NCBI RefSeq assembly: GCF_006345805.1
Contig: NC_043014.1
Coordinates: 38,068,001-38,132,000 of the forward strand
DNA from: Octopus sinensis
Lineage: Eukaryota
DNA: 64,000 bases
Direction: 5' to 3'
In this document: positions 53,785-64,000 of the stretch, piece by piece
Position numbering within the stretch: position 1 is the stretch's first letter
Layout of the letters: every line of letters starts with the position of its first letter
Made by a program: the position numbers and the translations under genes
Notes under the pieces: generated by a model
The model's input: only the letters and a program-made list of their open reading frames with translations
What the model was told of the DNA's origin: nothing
Database searches by the model: none

Positions 53785-54240
53785 TTATTTGCGTAATTTA
53801 TTTATCTGTATAGATGTGGGTGTGAATATATTGGTGTATATATCGAGTTCTGTATGTTTGTATATGTATGTGTGAGCGGGTATACGTATATTGTTTATGA
53901 ATGTGGGTTGTATGTGTGTGTGAGGGAGTATGAATAAGTATTGTGTTGAAGTATTTGGCTATTTTATTTATTTATCGTTGCCTAGACGTTTTTATGTGTA
54001 TGTATAGGGATATATATATAGGTGTGTGAGTTAGTGTATATGGTTATATATAATTAGTTATATGTGTATGGGTGTATATATAGTTTATTTTTATTTTGTT
54101 TTATATTTAATTGTTGATAGGTTTATTTTAGTTTATATATTGATTATATATGGATTATATATAGGTTATATATAGATTATATATTTATATTTTTTCATTG
54201 ATACTTTAATTATTTTAAAATTATTTTTTATAATTATATT
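52640..54240. repeat. GT-rich complex satellite
   Basis: tttatttatctgtat...gtgggtgtga...tatatcgagtt block at about 52708, 53387 and 53795, with ~130-bp sub-repeats. Confidence 0.7.
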
Positions 54241-54269
54241 TTAAAATATTGATATTTTAGATCGGAAAT

Positions 54270-54312
54270 CCACCTGAAGATTGTCGATCAAGACATGAAA
54301 CAATTGTAGTGG
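54270..54312 (+). ncRNA. Minimal Penelope-type hammerhead motif
   Basis: CCAC-CUGAAGA-U-UGUC(GAUCAA)GACA-U-GAAA-C(AAUU)G-UA-GUGG. Confidence 0.65.
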
Positions 54313-54410
54313 CGGTTTTTATACTTTTTATTAAAATTTTATGTATTGATTAAGTCTTTCCTTGTTTGTTTTGCAAAATAGTGGTTTTGTCTCTAATTAA
54401 TATTATATAT

Positions 54411-54441
<31 letters not shown>

Positions 54442-54468
54442 CTATATATATATATATTATATATATAT

Positions 54469-54505
<37 letters not shown>

Positions 54506-55628
54506 CTATATACATATATACATATATAGCTACATACACGTATACTTGCATATAAACATAAATATACACACACACGCACACATATTATATAGAAACACAC
54601 TAAAAAAAACTCTCTTCCTCTGTATATATTTATGTATATGTTTAGCTATTTCTTGCTTTGACACTCTCTCTAGTTGGTCTTATATCTATACTTACATACA
54701 TAAACACGCCCACACTCACACACACGCACACACACATACTTACAGACATCTTTGTGTCGTAACAAGATGTTGCTTACCGATTTTTGTTTTTGTTGTTTTA
54801 AATGCAATTTATGGCTACATTTAAAAACAAAGATATTTGAAAAAAATGAAATTAAACAGATGCAATGAAAAGACGTTTCCACTCCACATTTCTCTCATAT
54901 ATATATATACACGACGAGCCTCTTTCAGTTTCCGTCTGCCAAATCCACTCACAAGGCTTTGGTCAGCCCGAAGCTATAGTAGAAGACACTTGGTACCCAA
55001 GGTGCCACGCAGTGGGACTGAACCCGGGACTATGTGGTTGGTAAGCAAGCTACTAACTACACAGCCCCGCTCCTGTGCCTATATATGTGTGTGAGTGTTT
55101 GTGTGTGTGTGTGTTGTGTGTGTGTATGTGTGCGTCTGTGTATGTATATGTATATGTATATGTATATGTGTGTTTCTGTGTGTGTATACATGTATGTATG
55201 TATATCGTACAGGCGTATGAGAAAAAACATATGAAAGCAAAACAAAATAACAGTAAACGAAGAAAACAGACGCAATGGACACGGACATGCTTATACTCTC
55301 GTCAGTTACTGACCAAATATCATCACAATTTCGACACCGCCATATAATATTGTTCAATTTGGTTGTGTCAGCAACATAAGCTGCTGAAGTAGAAATGAGT
55401 AGTAATGTTGAACGAACACGAACAGAAAAATAATGAGATAAGTAACAATATCAAAAATAATGAAATCTATAGAAAAGGAAAAGGAGAGGGAGAAGAAAAA
55501 AGCGGAGTGTCTTTTCGTTAAGAATATTCGAGTAATAAAGACGAGACATCAGCGGAACAGCTATATTTTACAGATTTAATGTTTTAGGAAAGGAACTTCG
55601 CTTTCGTTAATTCAGTAACCCACCTGAA

Positions 55629-56010
55629 GTGGAGGCGCAATGGCTCAGTGGTTAGGGCAGCGGACTCGCGGTCATAGGATCGCGGTTTCGATTCCCAGAC
55701 CGGGCGTTGTGAGTGTTTATTGAGCGAAAACACCTAAAAGCTCCACGAGGCTCCGGCAGGGGATGGTGGTGATCCCTGCTGTACTCTTTCACCACAACTT
55801 TCTCTCACTCTTTCTTCCTGTTTCTGTTGTACCTGTATTTCAAGGGGCCGGCCTTGTCACTCTCTGTGTCACGCTGAATATCCCTGAGAACTACGTTAAG
55901 GGTACACGTGTCTGTGGAGTGCTCAGCCACTTACACGTTAATTTCACGAGCAGGCTGTTCCGTTGATTCGGATCAACCGGAACCCTCATCGTCGTGACCG
56001 ACAGAGTGCT
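55629..56010 (+). mobile_element. tRNA-derived SINE, head A + tail 1
   Basis: TSD aacccacctgaa / aacccatctgaa (55617-28, 56015-26). Confidence 0.9.
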
Positions 56011-56443
56011 TCAGAACCCATCTGAAACTAAATATTTTAAATCTGTGAAAGCAGTAGAATCATTTTAGAATATGTTTTGTTATTGCAACTTTAGGAGCGA
56101 ATTCGGTTCATAGGAGTAAAAGTAGTTTCTCCTTCTAATTCATTAATATCACTTTTTATATTATCTTTTATTTTTTATTAGTTTCAGCCATTAGACTGCG
56201 ACCATCCTAGGACGCCACTTTGGAGAATTTTATAGTCGAATGAATTGATCCAAGCACTTATTGTTTTCAAAGCCTGGTACTTATTCTATCGCTCTCTTTT
56301 GACGAACTGCTAAATTACGGCGATGTAAACTTACCAACACCGGTTATCAGGCGGTGCTGGGGACAAACACTGACACAAAGACGTAGACACACGCACAATC
56401 ACACGCACACACACACACCACACACACACACATACACACACAC

Positions 56444-56643
56444 TTTGTGTAGTATGGCTACCATTGGTTTCATGTAAGAAATACCTCAACAATTATCATG
56501 CCTATCATATTCAATATTGGTTTTCATCCCCATTTAGGATTTAAAAACCAAAATGGAGACGAATACCAGTATCCCATGTGATAAGCTTGATAATAGTTGA
56601 GGCATTCCTTAACATGAAACCAATGGTAGACTTAATACACAAA
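56444..56643. mobile_element. Unclassified MITE with ~65-bp imperfect TIRs
   Basis: ctaccattggtttcatgt...cctcaac / gttgagg...acatgaaaccaatggtag. Confidence 0.7.
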
Positions 56644-56691
56644 TAAAGAATCTTTATCCACCAATGCGGCGTTGAGCACTCATTGTTCGTT

Positions 56692-56773
<82 letters not shown>

Positions 56774-56811
56774 TTTTGAAAATGAGAATGAAGAATATAT
56801 ATTGTATTTTG

Positions 56812-57234
56812 GGATCTTTTCGGTTTGAACGGCAGTTTTTAACATAATTTCTAGGTAACTAAAAAATTTTAAACTTCGTATACTAGTAGAATGTGTTTAT
56901 AAAACATCTTTTTCTCTTGGCTTTATTGAGAAAATTCTATAGTTTGTAAGATATTTGTTGGTTTTTTTCTTCAATTTCTGCAATTTCTACCAATCACTGA
57001 CGTCTATTGAGCTAAAAAAGCATTCTGTGCCGTATGAATATGTCCCTCGTTTATGAAACAGATTGGGTTTATTTACATTTCTGAAGAAAAAAAGATACCC
57101 TTCCCCCCACTCCTAACCTAACCCTAATCCTAAAATAGATTGAAATGCAATAGATCGATACTAGGGTCATAATTATGGGTGACAATTTCATATGACACCG
57201 CTAGAAAAAACTGCCGTTCAAACCGAAAAGATCC
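56812..57234. mobile_element. Merlin-like MITE, family 2, copy 1
   Basis: 28-bp TIR ggatcttttcggtttgaacggcagtttt; 8-bp TSD gtattttg / gtgttttg. Confidence 0.8.
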
Positions 57235-58050
57235 GTGTTTTGTTTGAATATATTTGCTTTGGGACTCATTTCTGTTCTCATTTTCAAAATACTTAATTCT
57301 GTTAAGACATTTATACAAAAACTATTTTCTAAGATGATCTCTACACCAGCCAGTACCAGATTCTGAGGAAGGAAGGAAGGAAGGAAGAAAGAAAGAAAGA
57401 AAGAAACGAACAAATAAGAGAAGGAAGAGAAGAGAAAGAAAGGGAAAAGCGGAGAGCCTTATTCGTAAGACTATTCGTGTAACGACTTACGATGTATGAA
57501 TAAATAGATTAACTTCGGAATGCTGTTAGTTGTCAGCGATGCGTACCTAGAAATTTTTTGCGGCTTATTGGTTGCTTATTTTATTTTATTTCATTTTTAT
57601 TCACGCCATCTGAACTCTCTTTGTATCTGTCGTTTCAAGGTGGCTTGCATGAACGGATTGCCGACTGTATTAATTCGTTTTGTAAAATCTATCAGTTAAT
57701 GTTAGGAATTCGGTGAAAGATTACGTTGTTAAATGTTGCTGAATCTCTCTGATGTGTCCGTAAAGTGGTGGTCGAATTCTCACAAACGTATAACATTTAC
57801 AAGACAGCATTTGTATTTGTTTAACATGGTAGAAGAAAGGATGTTTCCGCTGATGAAAAAAACAAGCACGCAGAATGATGAATAAATAAATGAAAAATAA
57901 ATAAAAATTTGTTATGTTGATGGTATGCCACTCTGAGGCGTTCAATTTCGAAATGAACATTGTTAGTGTTTGTTGTGTTTTTATTTTTGTTTTTATTTAT
58001 TTTTTTTTTTTTGTGTGGTTGACGAAGAAAGGCAAACTAGTTGGATATTG

Positions 58051-58485
58051 GAATATTTTCGGTTTGAACGGCAGTTTTTTCTAGCGGTGTCATATGAAAT
58101 AATTATAACCCTAGAATCGATCTATTGCATTTCAATCTGTTTTAGGGTTAGGGTTAGAGTTAGGGTTAGTTAGGTTTAGGGTTAGGGGTGGGGGGAAGGG
58201 TATCTTTTTTTCTTCACAAATGTAAATAAACCCAATCTGTTTCTTAAACGAGGGACATATTCATACGGCACAGAATGTTTTCACCTCAATAGACGTCATT
58301 GATTGGTTGAAAATGCAGAAATTGAAGAACAAAAACAACAAATATCTTACAAACCATAGAATTTTCTCAATAAAGCCAAGAGAAAAAGATGTTTTATAAA
58401 CACATTCTACCAGTATACGAAGTTTAAAAGTGTTTAGTTACGTGGAAATTATTTTTAAAAACTGCCGTTCAAACCGAAAAGATCC
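58051..58485. mobile_element. Merlin-like MITE, family 2, copy 2 (opposite orientation)
   Basis: 8-bp TSD ggatattg (58043-50, 58486-93); internal TTAGGG-type repeats at 58142-58187. Confidence 0.8.
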
Positions 58486-58614
58486 GGATATTGGATACGA
58501 AACTCTCCCAACGTAATTCAAAAATGACTGGATCTGTTTCAAGATGTTTTCTGCTTTTTTTTTTTCAATTACGCCTTTGCTTCATGTCCAATAATGATTA
58601 TTCCTAGCATAGAT

Positions 58615-59031
58615 ACAAGGCCAGGAATTTTGAGAAAGTGGTTTTGTCGATATCATAGATCTCAGAACTTGATTGGTTACATTAATTTATTGATCCTGGA
58701 ATAATAAAACACAGAGTCTCTTTGATGGGATTTGAAAGCAAAATGTAAAGAGTTGGAACAAAGAACGCAACGCACTTTTTCTCGAAACTCCACCGACTGT
58801 AATAATGATGGTTTCAAATTTTGGCACAAGGCCAGCAATTGCGGGCGAAGGGTAAGTCGATTACGTCGACCCCAGTACTCAACTGGTACTTATTTTAACA
58901 ATCCATAAAGGGATGGAACGCAGAGTCGACCTCGGTGGAATTTGAACTCTGAACGTAAACACGAACCAAACGTGGCTAAACATTTTGCCCGGTGTGCTAA
59001 CGATTCTGTCAGCTGGCCACTTTACCGACTC

Positions 59032-59087
<56 letters not shown>

Positions 59088-59240
59088 GCTACTATAGAAG
59101 CAAGGTCTGAAGTTTGGGGGGAAGGGTTAAGTCGATTACAACGACCCCAGTACTCAACTGGTACTTAATTTATCGACTCCGAAAGAATGAAAGGCAAAGT
59201 CGACCTCGGTGGAATTTAAACTCAGAACTAATAGTAACTC

Positions 59241-59295
<55 letters not shown>

Positions 59296-59345
59296 CTTTT
59301 CTACTCATGGCACAAGCCCAGTAATTTTTAGGGTAGGGGCTTAGT
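58615..59345 (-). repeat. Second head-to-tail SINE-C cluster with (AAT)n spacers
   Basis: Copies at about 58615-58800, 58810-59020, 59085-59235 and a tail at 59295-59345. Confidence 0.8.
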
Positions 59346-60047
59346 CATACATACACACACACGTCAGTACATGTATATTAACATATATTCATATATATAT
59401 AATTCATATATACAGCATGCACACATACACATATGTATGTATATATACACACACAACTCACGTACGCATGTGACTGCAGACACACCTATACACGTACACG
59501 CATACCCACACGTATGTTCGTTTTCTGTAGTTGCCATTTTGTAACTTTGATTCTGTGAATCAATGTTAACCTGATATATTCAAATAAATTATCGTTTTGT
59601 ACTCATTTATGCACTAATTCTACAACAACACTTTATACTTTTTCATCACCTCCTGCTTTGTTCTGTACAACGTTTTAAAACGTTGATTACATTTATAGAA
59701 AGAAAAATTGTTTGAAATAGCACAGTAACGTTAAAAGTAACAAGATTCATTGATTTATGTAATCAAAGAAATAAACAGTTGGATAAGAAACCATTGTAGA
59801 AGTGTCAAAATCTTTAGAATTTGATGTTTATCAACCGCTGTTGAGTAACCTTATTTACTGTTGCAAAGGCGTCAGAAGCCGTATCTCTTGAAGTGCTTGT
59901 GTGTACATATGCTTTTTTTCGTTGGAATTTGCCAGCGTTCTTCAGAAATGGGACTGCAAATAAAATCAAATAAAATGACATGGTTTTCTTGTTTGATTGA
60001 AAGCAGACGACAAATGACACTCTCAGGACACCTTTGAAATTGTGGAG

Positions 60048-60079
<32 letters not shown>

Positions 60080-60818
60080 TGTATGTATGTATGTATGTAT
60101 GTATGTATAGGTGGGACGCCAGTATGTTTGGAAATGTAGAAGAGTGATTCTGTTTTCTGTATATATATATTTTAAACATCTTGACTCGAGTATTATATGG
60201 AATAAAATATTGTCTTTGCTAAACGTTATAACATGCTGAGTGATGTCTAATTTCAACAATCTAGTTTCAGTCGTTTTTACAAAAATGTTTCCAGTTTTTT
60301 TTTTATATCAAAATTGTTATATTCTTTTATTTCGGAAAAAGAGTTTGCCGGCCGAAATACTGAAAATAAAAATTTCTTTCGAAACGCATTGATACGAATT
60401 TCAAAAAATACACATATTTTACAATTCTATTAATAAATATATTATCAAAAATTCTTTACCCAGATATTAAAAAATATATAGGAAAGGGAAAGTATTGCTC
60501 TTTTTCTCCAAGGTCCTTTAATTCTACCAGCAAATAAGACGATATATGAAGTCACTTGCCACAAGGTTGAGGAATCATTGGTTTGTATATATCTGCTTGC
60601 TGTTATTAATACCAAAATGCAATGGGATTTTACTCCAGTAAACTTTGGATATGGAAAATGTCCAATTGCTACCAATATGTTTCAGTTTTTACCCAGCGCT
60701 GTTCTCACGTGACTTTCGATCGATTAAAAGCTCCCACTTATTTGATTCCTTGACATCATAAAAAATTATTTTGTTTAACGAATAATTAGAAATAAGATAA
60801 TTTAAAAACGTATTGAAT

Positions 60819-61238
60819 CAGGCGCAGGAGTGGCTGTGTGGTAAGTAGCTTGCTTACGAACCACATGGTTCCGGGTTCAGTCCCACTGCGTGGAACCTTT
60901 GGCAAGTGTCTTCTACTTTACCCTCGGGCCGATTAAAGCCTTGTGAGTGGATTTGGCAGACGGAAACGGAAAGAAGCCCGTCGTATATATGTATAAATAT
61001 ATATGTATGTGTGTATATATGTTTGGGTGCCTGTGTTTGTCTTCCCAACATCGCTTGACAAACGATGCTGGTGTGTTTACGTCCCCGTAACTTAGCGGTT
61101 CAGAAAAAGGGTCCGATAGAATAAGAACTAGGCTTACAAAGAATAAGTCCTGGGATCGATTTGCTCGACTAAAAGACGGTGCTCCAGCATGGCTGCAGTC
61201 AAATGACTGAAACAAGTAAAAGAGTAAAAAAGAGTAAT
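60819..61238 (+). mobile_element. SINE family D, full length
   Basis: tRNA-like head ggctgtgtggtaag...ggttcagtccc, internal (TA/TG)n, tail gactgaaacaagtaaaagagtaaaa. Confidence 0.9.
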
Positions 61239-61338
61239 CATGTTTTTGAAATTTATTCTATTCTTCTTTTTTTTTTAACCATACTTCTAAATATTTTACC
61301 CACTCAGAATACAACACTGTGCACACATTTTTTGCGGT

Positions 61339-61615
61339 ACTCCGTCGGTTACGACGACGAGGATTCCAGTTGATTTGATCAATGGAACAGCCTACTCGTG
61401 AAATTAACGTACAAGTGATTGAGCAAGTACCTTTATCATATTTTTCAGGGAAATTCAGCGTGACACAGAATGGGACAAGACTGGCCCTTTGAAATACATT
61501 TTTACCAGCTGAGTGAACTGGAGCAAAGTGAAATAAAGTGTCTTGCCTAAGGGCACAACGGTTCACCGAGAACTGAGCTCACGGCATTAGGATCGTAAGC
61601 CGAATACCCTAACCA
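61339..61615 (-). mobile_element. tRNA-derived SINE, head B + tail 1 (degraded)
   Basis: Similar to the reverse complement of 42358-42682. Confidence 0.7.
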
Positions 61616-61799
61616 CACACACACATACATGTATGTATACGACGCGCTTCTTTCAGTTTCCGTCAATCAAATCCGCTCACAAAGCTTTGGTTGGCCCGAG
61701 GCCATAGTAGAAGACACTTGTCCAAGATGCTACGCTGTGGGACTGAACGTGGAACCATGTGGTTGGGAAGCAAGCTCCTTACCACACGACCAGACCTAT

Positions 61800-62618
61800 T
61801 TTCCCAAACATCATTCAAAGTAGAGGGTTTCACTTCACACCAAGGCATATCTATATTATCCATAGCGTCCTTCATATTGAAATTCGTCCAGAAGTTTCTA
61901 ACTATAGGTTAACCCACCTTATCAATTGCTGCATAGGTTGTTTGAAAGTTCTTCTCATATAATATCCCATGAAATTAGCTCTCACAGCGCAATCCATTGG
62001 CTGGTGCAAAATAGTTGTATTCTTGGGAATCTTTTTACTCTTGTATTATCAGAAAGCTTATGTAAGTTCACTGGGTGGCTTAGTAATATTTCGTTGGAAA
62101 TATGTCTGGCATGGCACTTTTCTACAGCTGGACAGTCTTGTAAACCATTCTTCAAAATGGTTCTTATTCATTTGTACCTTCTTATTTAACCGTCAAACCA
62201 GAAGCAAATTATTATTTGCGTAACATCTGAAATAAATTCATGAGCAGGGGTTTCAATTTCATATCACTCTGAAGAAGCGTCGGATGATTTCTTGGGAAAC
62301 TATAAAACCTGGTATTGATTTTTGTTCAAGAAATAAAAATTCTTGCTCGTATGACTTTTCGGAAAAGAGCAGTTTCATTAACACTGTATTTCATCAACAT
62401 TGTGTTTCATCAACATTGTTCGGGTGTGTGGCCCCATTCAGCAGCCATTTTCTTCAGCTGCTCAGGATACTTGTTAGCAGCCATGTGTCAGAAGTAGCAG
62501 TTTCACCAGTTATTTTAACGTGTAAACTGAAGCGCTTTATAAACCTTCAAACCAGCCTTTAGTAGCCGAAAAAGGTTTTGCATTAGAAGTTTGCCTTTCT
62601 TTTTCGGAAAATCGCCTG

Positions 62619-62620
<2 letters not shown>
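61800..62620 (-). pseudogene. Tigger/pogo (CENP-B-like DDE) transposase remnant
   Basis: Reverse strand with frameshifts: FSATKGWF...VKITGETA...AANKYPEQLKK...VDET...LKPLL...FEEWF...QPMD...FWTNFNMKDAMDNI...W.EVKPSTLNDVW. Confidence 0.8.
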
Positions 62621-62664
<44 letters not shown>

Positions 62665-62713
62665 ATTACTACTACTACTACTACTATAACTATCGGGCTT
62701 ATCAGCACAAATC

Positions 62714-62930
62714 AGCGTGGCTTAGTGGTTAGGGTGTTGGACTCATGATCATAAAATTGCGGTTTCGGGCGATGCGTTGTGCTCTTGAGAAAAACACTTC
62801 ATTTCACGCTACTCCAGTCCACTCGGCTGGCAAAAGTAAGTATTCCTGCGACGGACCGGTGTCCTATCCAGGTGGGGAACATATATACAACCTGAAGCCG
62901 AGAAACTGGCTCCCATGAGTCGGTATTACT
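62714..62930 (+). mobile_element. tRNA-derived SINE, head B + tail 3
   Basis: Similar to 6704-6965. Confidence 0.75.
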
Positions 62931-63627
62931 CGTGAAGATAACTACATTTATTGTTACCTTGCTTTGTCGGCACAATGCTTTGAGTTTAATCCTTATTCGT
63001 TGAACCAAAAGATCCGTCTTATTTTAAGCATCATATTAGTTCTATATAAATATAAGGTCCTAATAGTTAACGGAGTAACTTCTAAAGCATTTGACCAGAG
63101 TTGTCAATCAGAGTTGTCCTGGTGTTAAACAATATCACTCACAAGTATACCATTACGACTATGGGTACCTCTGCACTGAAACCCTGTAATCTGTTAGTAA
63201 TAGCAACCAATTTTGCCCTGAAATTACATCCTTGCATCTTGAAAACGTAAGAACAAACTGGACAATATAATCTAAGATATACAGAATGAAAAAAAAAAGA
63301 CGATTAGACAAGGTTGGAAGGCCTTTTAGTCGAAGGTCTGCTCAACAAGGGTCTGGCTTTGGATGAGAAAGGACTAAATTGCTGCAACAACAACAACAAC
63401 AACAACAACAACAGCAACAACAATAGTAATAATCATTTATCTTTCAAAGCCTCGCTACCATTCATTGCTGCTTGAAATGTCATCACGTATGTATGTATTC
63501 GTGTAAACACACAGGATCGATTGAGCTTCGTTGCTGTTTGCGTGGTAATAACCGTTGCATTCCAGCATAACGAATTTGTTTGTGTTTTCGATGTGTTTAT
63601 TCATATATAAATATATATACATACTAC

Positions 63628-63701
<74 letters not shown>

Positions 63702-64000
63702 GACAGACAAAGAGAGACGGAGATAAGAGAGAGACAGAGTCTGTTATAAGGACACATTTTATGGGCGATTAAGGTACGCATGACACATTCTCTAAATCAT
63801 TAAGTGAATAAAAGGGCGCGGGAAATTAAAATAAATAATAAATGAGTGACCTCTGAAAAGAATAACGTTTTCTTCGGGTGGAGTATTATTTCTTTTCTAT
63901 AACTTTATTTCTTTTGTTTTGCTTATATTTTTTCTTCTCTATTTTCATTACAAATATTTTCCCGTGTATATTCTCACTCCATACCCACCCTGTCTTTCTC

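Noticed and set aside
59814-60675. Minus-strand ORFs with an acceptor-like site near 59950
   Set aside because: No recognisable domain and no consistent exon chain.
62274-62305. CUGAAGA...GAAAC hammerhead-like match
   Set aside because: No stem I or stem III pairing; lies inside the Tigger remnant; likely chance.

Overview
Animal genomic DNA, most likely an octopus (inferred from its SINE and microsatellite content). It is AT-rich, very dense in microsatellites, and has one 100-N assembly gap. One protein-coding gene can be reconstructed: an 8-exon SLC16/monocarboxylate-transporter-family MFS gene on the + strand (ATG 4170 to TGA 33087, 463 aa, all seven introns GT-AG and phase 1). The rest is a mosaic of mobile DNA: a near-complete Tx1/L1-clade LINE in intron 5, a Penelope-like GIY-YIG fragment in intron 6, CR1 and REL-endonuclease LINE tails, a Tigger transposase remnant, five Helitron-like non-autonomous elements, MITEs of several superfamilies, and about 40 tRNA-derived SINE copies with swapped head/tail modules. 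The most interesting signal is a set of hammerhead ribozyme motifs. The best lies in a ~355-nt, strongly self-complementary, retrozyme-like unit (35234-35605) and is a type I hammerhead with a compensated U3-A8 core. Others lie in short (TA)n-tailed Penelope-like elements and in a 578-bp palindrome. Several duplications, palindromes and frameshifts may be long-read assembly artefacts and are flagged. All structures and alignments were read by eye; nothing was computed or searched.
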